This document shows, piece after piece, positions 53,743 through 62,498 of a stretch of DNA of 64,000 nucleotides. How positions within the stretch are numbered: position 1 is the first letter of the stretch; each line of letters starts with the position of its first letter. The notes beneath the pieces are model-generated. The model was given only the letters and a program-made list of their open reading frames with translations, did not search any database and had not been told where the DNA came from. Source of the stretch: Candidatus Woesearchaeota archaeon. GTDB lineage: Archaea; Nanobdellota; Nanobdellia; Woesearchaeales; GW2011-AR9. The position numbers were made by a program, and so were the translations under genes. The stretch lies in assembly GCA_016181265.1 (NCBI GenBank), contig JACOZP010000011.1, forward strand, positions 6,127 to 70,126, given 5' to 3'.

Positions 53743-54828
53743 ATGATGGCAAGAAATAATCAACGATCATTCCAGAAAAGAATATTTTTTGTCCTTTTGC
53801 TGGTTACATTGTTATTGGGATTTCTTGCGATGGCGAAAGCAAAAGGTCTGTTGATTTCTGCTCAGCCGATACCGGTGGTAGAGGGGAACACCGTTTTTCT
53901 TGATTCTTTAACACTTGATCAGAAAATCGCTCAAATGATCATCGTTGCTGGTCAGAAATGGGATGTTCAATCTTGGAAAAAGATGCAGATGGGTGGTATT
54001 CACCTTTATGCGAAAGCAAATGAGAGTGTTTTTCGCGAGACGATTGCGGAGTTTCAAGAAGGAATGGTTATCCCTTTTCTGGTGTCGGTCGATCTGGAGG
54101 GATGTCAGAATCCTTTTGCGGCATTCAAGAATTTTACGGCAGCGGCAGATGTAACGACTGATGAAAAAGCATGGGAGAAAGGGGTAGAAGAGGGAACGTA
54201 TCTCTCTTCGTTAGGGATTACTCTTAATTTTGCGCCGGTTGTTGATCTGGAGGATACGATCTGGAAATGCAGGAGTTATCCCGGTGATGCTCAACAGATT
54301 ACGGATTTAGCGGAAGCATATGTTTCTGGTGTACAGAATAAGACTGTCTTAGCGACGGCAAAACATTATCCCGGAAAGACGCTGGTGATCCACGATCCTC
54401 ATAAATATTTAGTTGAGGCGACTATTTCTGAAGATGATGTTTATCCGTATGGAAAATTGTCTTCTTCTGTCAAAGCAGTTATGATCAGTCATATAATCTC
54501 TTCTGGAGCAGTGAATTCACAGGGTGTTCCGGCAGTGGCGTCCACCGAAGCAGTTAGCGATTTAAGACAGGGATTTGATGGTTTGATCATTACTGATGAG
54601 ATTAATATGCTCGGTCTCAGAAACTTTTATCCAAATCTTGATGAGCTTTATTTGGCTGTATTTAAAGCTGGTAATGATCTTATCATTAATTTTAATGAAG
54701 ACCCCAACGAGATTCGACGGATGATTGTGGTGGTTAAGGAAGCTGTTTTACGTGGGGAAATTAACGAGGAGCGTATTAATGCATCTGTCCGGCTGGTTCT
54801 AGCGGCGAAAGGGTTTATAGTAAAGTAA
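53743..54828 (+). CDS. membrane-anchored glycoside hydrolase family 3 (NagZ-like beta-hexosaminidase domain)
   Basis: LTLDQKIAQMIIVAG...VSVDLEGC...GITLNFAPVVDL...TAKHYPG. N-terminal anchor IFFVLLLVTLLLGFLAMAKA. Confidence 0.75.
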   Translation: MMARNNQRSFQKRIFFVLLLVTLLLGFLAMAKAKGLLISAQPIPVVEGNTVFLDSLTLDQKIAQMIIVAGQKWDVQSWKKMQMGGIHLYAKANESVFRETIAEFQEGMVIPFLVSVDLEGCQNPFAAFKNFTAAADVTTDEKAWEKGVEEGTYLSSLGITLNFAPVVDLEDTIWKCRSYPGDAQQITDLAEAYVSGVQNKTVLATAKHYPGKTLVIHDPHKYLVEATISEDDVYPYGKLSSSVKAVMISHIISSGAVNSQGVPAVASTEAVSDLRQGFDGLIITDEINMLGLRNFYPNLDELYLAVFKAGNDLIINFNEDPNEIRRMIVVVKEAVLRGEINEERINASVRLVLAAKGFIVK

Positions 54829-55570
54829 TCGTTGATTGCAAAGTAAGGTGATTAACTTCAATGATTGAATTCTTCGTTATCGGTTTCCAATTGAGATCTG
54901 AAAGAGATTCTATTTTCTCTGAACTGATGATCAAAAGATCTTTTCCTCGGCCGATCCACATTTGCAGGTAGCGAGGATATTTTGTCCAAGAGGAAGTAAT
55001 GTATGAACTCTTCTTCGTTGAAAAGATGAAATTAGAATCGCGTTCCGTAGGCAGCTGGTTAAGTGCTTTCTGAAGTGCGGTGCGATAGTCTTTGTTTCCT
55101 TTCTTTTCGTCTTTTTGGATCTGAGAGATGATGGAGAAGAAGATCTTTTCAGAATCGGTTGTTCCCTGTAGTTTGAGTTCTGGATTATAACCAATGTCTT
55201 CTCGAATCGTACCGTTATGACAGAAGACATGCTCTGTGCCCGTTTTGTCTTTGTAATAAAATGGATGCGTATTCTCCAAACAGACATTCCCCACGCTTGC
55301 GGCACGAGTGTGAAGAAGAGCGAATGTAGTCTTGCTAGGAAGAGATGATATGAGCGGGTCGTTGAAGATAGCGTCGGTCGATCGATGGATGAACAGATTG
55401 TTTTTGTTATCGATAAACGCAATTCCCCAACCATCTTTATGTTGTCGTGATCCTAGGCCGGTCTTTTCGTTCCGCTCATGGAGAAAAGTCTGGTCGAGTG
55501 CCATATGTTTTATAGCATCTACTACTGTTGGAAGCTGTACGTTTCCGATAGCGAGAAGCATGCGGCACAT
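54815..55570 (-). CDS. class II (Ntn) glutamine amidotransferase, YafJ/EgtC-like
   Basis: N-terminal MCRMLLAIG provides the Cys2 nucleophile. Also has GWGIAF and HTRAAS. Confidence 0.7.
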   Translation of the reverse strand: MCRMLLAIGNVQLPTVVDAIKHMALDQTFLHERNEKTGLGSRQHKDGWGIAFIDNKNNLFIHRSTDAIFNDPLISSLPSKTTFALLHTRAASVGNVCLENTHPFYYKDKTGTEHVFCHNGTIREDIGYNPELKLQGTTDSEKIFFSIISQIQKDEKKGNKDYRTALQKALNQLPTERDSNFIFSTKKSSYITSSWTKYPRYLQMWIGRGKDLLIISSEKIESLSDLNWKPITKNSIIEVNHLTLQSTITLL

Positions 55571-55594
55571 GGGGGGTGTAGATCTTTTAGAATT

Positions 55595-56773
55595 TTAAGT
55601 GTTGAGTGTGTCTTGAACGTACATTCTTCTCATGAAGAGATTTGCTACTGCTGCACCTTTTGGAGATAATCGGTCGTTGTAGCCACTTCTTTTCATATGA
55701 CTAGTGAGAAGACGTGCTGGGCTTTTACCTGTTTCTACCATGTGGTAGAGTGGTTCCAGAAATTTCTGGTCTTCTTGAGGAAGACCGCGCTCTGCAAAAG
55801 ATAATAATCTAAAAGTATTCCTCGCAATCTCGCGGGAGAAACCATTTTGAATTGCTTCTGTTTCTAATTTTTGTACTTGAGAGAAACGAGGCAGGACTAC
55901 CGCTTTTTCACTCAGATCGAATTCATCTCCTGTTGAAATGATTACGGGGATGGATCGACTAATCATGTAATCGTTGATTCCTTTGTAGAGGGCCATAGTG
56001 GCATGGGCATAGCGTAAAGGAACAGAGTCCGGTGTGCGTAGTTCCCATGTTCCTGATTTGCCAATACTATCTCTCTTCCTGATAGGATGATAGCCGACAT
56101 TCTCTCTTTGAAACAAAGTTGTGAACTCTTCCCAAGAAAGGCCTGATGCTTCTCCCCATTGGAGTAATCGGAGATCTTTTTGTCGTTCTAATTCTTTGAT
56201 GGTAGAAACGTAAGGGAGATTTCGGCTGTGAAGCGGCCAGCGCTGAAGAGCGATGTTCCGGACTCTATCTACGCGGTGGCAAGCAATCTCATTTTTTCCA
56301 TCACGAGCATAAGGAGATGTTGAATTGATGGCAATCGACAGCGGGTCGAGAGCAGTGAAGAGCTGGTGTTGTGCTAGTTCTCTTCTTCGTGCTTGGTCAA
56401 TATGTCCTTGGAATGCACAAATCCCTCTCAAGCTTCCATCAACACCGAGGATTCTCGCATACGTTCTTGTTCGAGGGTTGCCAGAACTGATTCCTTCTCC
56501 CGCTCCATATTCGCTGGCGGCGATAACGGTGACTCCGTTATCTTCACATATCTTTTCCAATAACTCTAGATCACGTGTGGTTTGTTTGTGAAGTTTAGTG
56601 ATTGTATCTGCTGGGGGAGAATTATATTCTACCATCGCTTTTGTTCCTTCTTTGACAAACTGTCCCTTGTTGCGGGGGTCTTGGAGAATGATCGGTGCAG
56701 TGTTAGAGATATAGCCTTCTCTATCGATAACTAAGAGTTCATATTCGGTGCCAATATTTGATACTGTTTCCAT
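55595..56773 (-). CDS. carboxylate-amine ligase (glutamate--cysteine ligase family 2, YbdK-like)
   Basis: NIGTEYELLVIDREG at the N-terminus and about 390 aa, lying 24 nt upstream of the amidotransferase gene. Confidence 0.65.
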   Translation of the reverse strand: METVSNIGTEYELLVIDREGYISNTAPIILQDPRNKGQFVKEGTKAMVEYNSPPADTITKLHKQTTRDLELLEKICEDNGVTVIAASEYGAGEGISSGNPRTRTYARILGVDGSLRGICAFQGHIDQARRRELAQHQLFTALDPLSIAINSTSPYARDGKNEIACHRVDRVRNIALQRWPLHSRNLPYVSTIKELERQKDLRLLQWGEASGLSWEEFTTLFQRENVGYHPIRKRDSIGKSGTWELRTPDSVPLRYAHATMALYKGINDYMISRSIPVIISTGDEFDLSEKAVVLPRFSQVQKLETEAIQNGFSREIARNTFRLLSFAERGLPQEDQKFLEPLYHMVETGKSPARLLTSHMKRSGYNDRLSPKGAAVANLFMRRMYVQDTLNT

Positions 56774-56965
56774 TTTTTGATGCTACTGCTGCTGTTTCTT
56801 TGCTCATCCCCCATTTTGCGGTCGTGTTGACGGGGAGTTCTTTATATTCTTTTCTGTCTTGGATTTTATTTCTTTCCTTAGATTTTATCTAAGAATACCC
56901 CTCTAAAACCGCATTCAAATGAAAAAAAAGTAGTGGATTCTCAAAATAGTTCAAATATTCGCTTT

Positions 56966-57562
56966 TTAGAAAATGATGATGCGATGATCCCTGTGCTTCT
57001 TACTTTCTATAGAAGTGAATGCTTCTTGCAGAAGATCTTCTGTGATGTGAAGCAGGCCTTGAGAGGGGTCGATGACGGAATATTTTTCGTCTTTGAACCC
57101 GACGATTGCGAGAAAGTGGGAGGAATTTCTTTTCGTGTCACGTAAAGGTTTGCAGTTTAATCGAAGAAGGAGTGTCTTCTGTTGTTTTACTAATTGGATT
57201 ATCTCCGAGAAATGAAGATCTTTGACCAGTAGAGGTATACCTGCTTTTTCTGCGGTTTGACGATGAAGTTCTTCTGAGAACGCAGCTAATTCAATTTCTT
57301 CTTTTGTGTAACGATAGAAGCGGTAGTCTGGAAAATGATATTCTTTCCTTTCGACGATGACCGTAGGATGAAACCCTTGCTGATGTGCATAGAGCGCGAG
57401 GGCATAGATCGATGAACCACGTGTAGGAAGGGTGACTGTCTCTTTCCAGATCATGAATTCGGTTTCTCTGTTGAGGGGGATTTTGGAATCAAGCCGGTGA
57501 AGAATGTTGAGAAGAGAAGCAGCCGCGGTGGTGAACGGAGTTGTTTGGAGATAAGGCTGCAT
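56966..57562 (-). CDS. peptidase C39-like / BtrH-like fold protein lacking the catalytic Cys
   Basis: [16 protein letters not shown] occupies the position where C39 domains have Q..CG.A.L. The later HFLAIVGFKDEKYSVIDP resembles the His/Asp region. Confidence 0.45.
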   Translation of the reverse strand: MQPYLQTTPFTTAAASLLNILHRLDSKIPLNRETEFMIWKETVTLPTRGSSIYALALYAHQQGFHPTVIVERKEYHFPDYRFYRYTKEEIELAAFSEELHRQTAEKAGIPLLVKDLHFSEIIQLVKQQKTLLLRLNCKPLRDTKRNSSHFLAIVGFKDEKYSVIDPSQGLLHITEDLLQEAFTSIESKKHRDHRIIIF

Positions 57563-57746
57563 ATTCTGGCTGGGAGAGAGGTTTATTTTTATGTTTTGCT
57601 TAAGTAGAATACATGGTGGGGGGGGCTTCTAGCCAATTGGTGAGGGTTTTAGATTAGCCAAAAAAAACGACATCTTTTTAAAGGGGACACTGCTTTAGCG
57701 AAGACGGGTATCTTAAAATTATGCAATCCGGGGTAATCCCACACAC

Positions 57747-58457
57747 ATGGCAAAAGCAACTGATAAAAAACAAGTAAGTAGAGTTAAAATAAAGAAAAAA
57801 ACATGGTTTAGAATTGTTGCTCCTCAATTATTTGGACAACAAGAAGTTGGAGAGACATTTGTAGAAACTCCCGAAACAATCATCGGTCGAAAAGTAGATG
57901 TCAATCTGAAAGAATTGACGAATAATGTCAAAGACCAGAGTGCATATGTCAGCTTCCGAATGACTAAAGTGGAAGGTACAACTGTGCATACAGAACCGAT
58001 TGGGTATTCTCTCACTCCTTCATACGTCAAGCGGTTAGTGCGTAAAAATACTTCCCGTTTAGATGATTATTTTGTACTTCAGACAAAAGCCGGAGAACGT
58101 GTTGTCCTTAAGACGATTATGGTTACGCGATCGAAAGTACAGCGTTCAGTACAAAAAGCGTTGCGTTCAACGATGAGATCTCTTCTTCAAGGAGAATTGC
58201 GTAAGATGGATTTCACCGGCTTCCTTGCTTTGTTAGTCAGTGGAAGACTGCGGAAGACTCTTTCTTCATTAAATAAGATCACTCCTTTGAGGGAATATAC
58301 TCTTCGCGTGATGACCTTGAATGGTATGGCTAGCGAACCTCTTCCTGAAGAGACTGTTGACGAGTCGGCAGCAGAAGCTGAAGCGGCAGAAGAGTCAACT
58401 GACGAGGAAGAAGCAGCGGAAGAAGAGCAAGACGATGAAGAGGAAGAAACACAATAA
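57747..58457 (+). CDS. rps3ae: 30S ribosomal protein eS1 (S3Ae) with an acidic tail
   Basis: KKKTWFRIVAPQLFGQQEVGETFVETPETIIGRKVDVNLKELT. The tail is EESTDEEEAAEEEQDDEEEE. Confidence 0.9.
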   Translation: MAKATDKKQVSRVKIKKKTWFRIVAPQLFGQQEVGETFVETPETIIGRKVDVNLKELTNNVKDQSAYVSFRMTKVEGTTVHTEPIGYSLTPSYVKRLVRKNTSRLDDYFVLQTKAGERVVLKTIMVTRSKVQRSVQKALRSTMRSLLQGELRKMDFTGFLALLVSGRLRKTLSSLNKITPLREYTLRVMTLNGMASEPLPEETVDESAAEAEAAEESTDEEEAAEEEQDDEEEETQ

Positions 58458-58483
58458 GTGTTTTTCTCTTTTTTATTCTTACC

Positions 58484-59080
58484 ATGAAATTCCTTACGTG
58501 TACGGACATGCATGAAAACCGCGAGGCGCTGAAGGCGTTGATCAAAAGAGCTTCAGAGCCGGATATTGATTTTGTGGTCTGTGCCGGAGATATTTCTTCA
58601 TTTGGGAATGGTTTGCGTACGCTCCTGAAATCGTTTAGCGATCTCGGCAAGACGTTTTATGTAATTCCGGGCAATCATGAAGAGGGCCGTGATTTTGAAG
58701 GAATCGTCAAAGAATTTCCACATTGTGTGAGTCTCCATCTGAAAGCAGCGTTGATCAGTGATTATGTTTTTCTTGGCTACGGCGGGGGGGGCTTTGCGAT
58801 GAAGGACGCAAATTTCCGAAAGATTGCTCGCCAATGGTACGGAAAATTCAACGGGAAGAAAATTGTATTGCTGACGCATCAGCCACCATTTGGTACGAAG
58901 CTGGATCTGTTGGGTGATCGTCACGTGGGAAATGAGGATTTTCATGACTTTATCTTACGGATAAGACCGAAACTCGCCATCTCTGGCCATCTTCACGAGA
59001 CGGTAGGGGTGATCGATAAGCTGGGTGAGACTAAATTGGTTAATCCCGGTTGGGACGGGATGGTTATCGAGTTGAATTGA
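58484..59080 (+). CDS. metallophosphoesterase (calcineurin-like)
   Basis: Motifs CTDMHEN, CAGDISSFGN, GNHEE, LLTHQPP and GHLHE are all present. Confidence 0.8.
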   Translation: MKFLTCTDMHENREALKALIKRASEPDIDFVVCAGDISSFGNGLRTLLKSFSDLGKTFYVIPGNHEEGRDFEGIVKEFPHCVSLHLKAALISDYVFLGYGGGGFAMKDANFRKIARQWYGKFNGKKIVLLTHQPPFGTKLDLLGDRHVGNEDFHDFILRIRPKLAISGHLHETVGVIDKLGETKLVNPGWDGMVIELN

Positions 59081-59132
59081 GACATCTTTCGTTCAGTTAT
59101 TTTTATATAGTTCATGATTAACCTCTCTTTCT

Positions 59133-60173
59133 ATGGCTTTGGTTACTCCTTTCACTTCTCTTCCTGGTTTGATCTTGTCTGATCTTGCGGAGATCAAGAA
59201 GAAAGATGCAACTTTTAAAGAGCTGAAAAAGCGCTTGAAGAAAGAATATTCTGTGAAGAAGATTGCCAATATGCAAAAGAGATATTTGAGAAAACCGGAG
59301 ACATTTCAAGCTGAATTTGCTCTTCTTGTCAATAATTTCGTCAGAGATTATACTCTCTTCCGAGAATCGTATGGCACTTTATTGAAAGCAATTATTGAAA
59401 CACTGAATGTAGCAGAGAAGAGCGAGTATACTCAGTTATTATCGATTCAAGATATTATCATTAAGATTGATGCGCGGGCAGCAGAGAAGAGAGGTGAGTT
59501 TTATTTTCCCGATTCAGGGAGGAAAAAGTTTGCAAATGCCTTTCGTCGGGCGATGCGTGATCTGGCAGCGCAGCTTAATGCGGAATATGATACTCTTTCT
59601 GGTTTGGCGAAAGGGAAACGGGCTGCTGCTGGCTTTTTTTCCCGTTTTGTCAATGCACGATCTGCTGAACGGAAGGGGATGCGCGCAGCGGGAAAATTAC
59701 GCGAGCAAGTGGATCATGGGCAAGAGGTATTAAAGCATTTACAATTAGAGTTACAACAAGGCGTACAACAGGATTTTCTCTTATTGATGTTGCAGTTCGT
59801 GACAGAAGTAGCGAAGACAGACGAGTTGTATCGTCAATTGAAAAATGATCTGGAGATCCTGATTCAAGATATTCGTAATGAGGTGGAAGATGTCATCTTG
59901 AAGATTGCACCGTTCATTGCTCTTATTCAAAATGATCGGACGGCGATGGCAAAAGTCGCAGCGGCGCGGGAAGAATTTGTAAGGTTACAACAGCAAATTG
60001 TTTCTGCATTACAGAAAGAAGAATTGTGGCCAGGATATGATGAGGCAACGATCAAGCGAATCATGCGCAGTGATATCATTTTGTTAGCGACGCTAGAGTC
60101 TATTGCCAAAGCGGCTGTGCAGGAAATTGTTGCTGATGTTGTACAGCGAGAATTAGGGACGCAACAGGTTTAG
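59133..60173 (+). CDS. hypothetical helical/coiled-coil protein
   Basis: 346-aa ORF with no recognisable motif. Confidence 0.5.
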   Translation: MALVTPFTSLPGLILSDLAEIKKKDATFKELKKRLKKEYSVKKIANMQKRYLRKPETFQAEFALLVNNFVRDYTLFRESYGTLLKAIIETLNVAEKSEYTQLLSIQDIIIKIDARAAEKRGEFYFPDSGRKKFANAFRRAMRDLAAQLNAEYDTLSGLAKGKRAAAGFFSRFVNARSAERKGMRAAGKLREQVDHGQEVLKHLQLELQQGVQQDFLLLMLQFVTEVAKTDELYRQLKNDLEILIQDIRNEVEDVILKIAPFIALIQNDRTAMAKVAAAREEFVRLQQQIVSALQKEELWPGYDEATIKRIMRSDIILLATLESIAKAAVQEIVADVVQRELGTQQV

Positions 60174-60308
60174 AGAACTTTGCAAAATTAAATTCGTGGT
60201 GGGCAAAGTTCTCAAGAGGAGATGAAACGGCGAGATTTTTGGCTCTGTTGTTGGAACCATTTTGATATCTATTTCGCGAGAAATGGAACGTGGATTCCAT
60301 TTCTGCGC
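60173..60308. terminator. two long hairpins in a convergent spacer
   Basis: GAGAACTTTGC/GCAAAGTTCTC forms an 11-bp stem (60173-60213) overlapping the TAG stop. AGAAATGGAA/TTCCATTTCT forms a 10-bp stem (60279-60304), extendable to 60276-60308. Confidence 0.5.
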
Positions 60309-60366
60309 AAAAATATGGTCGCCGTCTATATTTCTTGTGCCAAAAATTCTTTTTTCAAACTCCTCT

Positions 60367-61335
60367 TTAGTTTTCTATCGCGGGGTCTTTTTTCTCTTTC
60401 TCTATGGCATCAATGAAAACCTTGCTGATCTTGACAGCAATCCCTTTGTCTTTGGTGTTGATCTCCACTCCGGACATCATCGCTTCACCGATAGCGATGA
60501 GTTCGTCTTTGAGAGTCATGATGGCGACAGTTTCCCCTTTGCGAAAATTTTCTAATTTACTGATGCCAGGAATAGCTAATGCGCGTCCATGCGTGATGCT
60601 TTGAATGGTTGTATCAAAGATCCAGCATTTGGAGATGTAAGTCAATGCTTTTTCGACAGGTTGGATACAATGGCGGAGGAATTTATCGTTCTGATCGTCA
60701 CGATAGAAGTGAAGGGCATCATCGAGATCATTTAACGTGATAAGAGTATCTCTTTCCGTGAATGGTCCGGCTTGTGTTCTTCTCAGTTCGACCATGTGCG
60801 CACCGGTGCCAAGAGCTTGTCCGAGATCATGACACAGTTTTCTGATATAAGTGCCAGCTTGGCATTTGACACGGAAGAGGACTTCTCGCCCCTCTATCTC
60901 TAGAATCTCGAATTCGTAAATTTCCCGTTCGCGGATCTGTCTTTTGATGGCGCTTTTTATCGGCGGGAGTTGTTTGATCTTACCGATGAATTGTCTGACT
61001 GTTTCGTGAATTTTTTCTTCTGCAATATCTTTATGAAGATGCATAATACAGACATATTCTTTTGGTGCAGTGAGAAGAAATTGGACGATGCGGGTGGCTT
61101 TTCCGAGAGCGATGGGCTGCACGCCAGACACCTGTGGGTCGAGTGTTCCAGAATGACCGGCTTTGTCTATTTTTAAGATCTTTTTGACGTAGTCAGAAAC
61201 TTGATGTGAAGTTGGCCCTTTAGGTTTGTCGATGTTGACGATACCGTAATTGATGATCTCTTCTGTCGTGCGTTCTTCGGGGAATTTCCCAAAGACCCCT
61301 TCAGCCTGTTTCTTGATGAAGATCTGTGAGTCCAT
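60367..61335 (-). CDS. cbf5: H/ACA RNP pseudouridine synthase Cbf5 (TruB family plus PUA)
   Basis: NIDKPKGPTSHQVSDYVKKIL...AGHSGTLDPQVSGV...GTYIRKLCHDLG. A C-terminal PUA-like domain is present. Confidence 0.92.
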   Translation of the reverse strand: MDSQIFIKKQAEGVFGKFPEERTTEEIINYGIVNIDKPKGPTSHQVSDYVKKILKIDKAGHSGTLDPQVSGVQPIALGKATRIVQFLLTAPKEYVCIMHLHKDIAEEKIHETVRQFIGKIKQLPPIKSAIKRQIREREIYEFEILEIEGREVLFRVKCQAGTYIRKLCHDLGQALGTGAHMVELRRTQAGPFTERDTLITLNDLDDALHFYRDDQNDKFLRHCIQPVEKALTYISKCWIFDTTIQSITHGRALAIPGISKLENFRKGETVAIMTLKDELIAIGEAMMSGVEINTKDKGIAVKISKVFIDAIEKEKKDPAIEN

Positions 61336-61394
61336 TACTTGTTTGGTAACGAAGGTGTTTTAAAAATGTTCGTATGAGAAATAGTACAAAAATC

Positions 61395-61754
61395 CTATTG
61401 AGAAACTGCTTGTTCGGCAGGTTTGGCTTCTTTCTTTTTAGGAGCTACTTTCTTCTTTGGTGTTTTTTCTTTTTTAGTCACGCCAAAGAGTTCTGCATAG
61501 ACTACGCCTTTTTCGTCTTTGCGGACGTTTACTTTGACGTGATGAGGGGGATTTCTGATGCCATGCTGCCAAATCTTCTCGTTGACATCTTTACCGATAC
61601 GGACGTCTTCTGATTTCATATGGTGGACAAGAAATTGTTTCATGGCAACGACTGCTTTCTCGGTGCGTTTCCAATTAGGCACTTTAAGGTATTCTTTACG
61701 AAGAGGGACATTGTAAGTTCTTTCAATCGTCTTTTCTGTTTCTTTTTTGGCCAT
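61395..61754 (-). CDS. rpl31e: 50S ribosomal protein eL31
   Basis: ERTYNVPLRKEYLKVPNWKRTEKAVVAMKQFL...IWQHGIRNPPHHVKVNV. Confidence 0.9.
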   Translation of the reverse strand: MAKKETEKTIERTYNVPLRKEYLKVPNWKRTEKAVVAMKQFLVHHMKSEDVRIGKDVNEKIWQHGIRNPPHHVKVNVRKDEKGVVYAELFGVTKKEKTPKKKVAPKKKEAKPAEQAVSQ

Positions 61755-61766
61755 GGTAAAAATGAT

Positions 61767-61940
61767 TTATGCTTTTGTTTTCGTTCTACGCCAGCTACGT
61801 TTTACTTCCGTATGACGGGATGGATGGACGCGTCTGCCTTTGCCGTATATTTTAAAGACAGTCCAAAAAGGAGCCCATTTGGTCTGCTGGCTAAGCTTGA
61901 TGAGTCTTTTCTTGCGAGCAGGATGTTTGTTAGTTGCCAT
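61767..61940 (-). CDS. rpl39e: 50S ribosomal protein eL39
   Basis: 57 aa, below the track cutoff. MATNKHPARKKRLIKLSQQTKWAPFWTVFKIYGKGRRVHPSRHTEVKRSWRRTKTKA. Confidence 0.85.
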   Translation of the reverse strand: MATNKHPARKKRLIKLSQQTKWAPFWTVFKIYGKGRRVHPSRHTEVKRSWRRTKTKA

Positions 61941-61950
61941 AGGGAGTATT

Positions 61951-62391
61951 TTATTCTGATTTACTTTCTTTCATTAGTTGCATTGCAATCTTGTCGAGGA
62001 AAGAAGTTCCTTTCGGGGTGAGAACACGGCCTTTATGGACTCCTTTCTGTGTTTGTTGCAATAATCCAGCAGTTTCAAGCTGTTGAAGAATGGAACGGAT
62101 GACCGATCCGGAAGCAGGATAGAAGTGTTCTGGCTTGTGACCTCGATTTTTACGCCCGCCGTATTTTGTACGGAGTTTCTGCGTACCAATGGGACCGAGG
62201 CGAGCAACAGTTCTTAAAATGGATGCTGAACGAAAGTACCACCAGTCTTCTTGGTCTGGTGTTCTTTCTTTGTGATGTCCAGTCTTGACAAAGACTGACC
62301 AAGACTCAGGTTGGACAATCTTCTGAGCTTTTAGTTCTTCTGCTGCCCGTTTGACCAGTTTCTCTGGATTTACGACAAGGATATGTGACAT
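61951..62391 (-). CDS. rps19e: 30S ribosomal protein eS19
   Basis: [49 protein letters not shown]. Confidence 0.9.
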   Translation of the reverse strand: MSHILVVNPEKLVKRAAEELKAQKIVQPESWSVFVKTGHHKERTPDQEDWWYFRSASILRTVARLGPIGTQKLRTKYGGRKNRGHKPEHFYPASGSVIRSILQQLETAGLLQQTQKGVHKGRVLTPKGTSFLDKIAMQLMKESKSE

Positions 62392-62498
62392 AGCACCATC
62401 GGGATAGGCAGTTATTTATAAAGATTTCGGGTGAGAAAGGTCCGGCGTATTAATTAAGTTTAAATAGTTTGAATTCTCTCTTTTCGTAAAAGTGGTGT

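Noticed and set aside
60222-60604. ORFs 60222..60416, 60262..60555 and 60404..60604 (plus strand).
   Set aside because: They span the hairpin-containing spacer and run antisense to the well-supported cbf5 gene. Their peptides are low-complexity.
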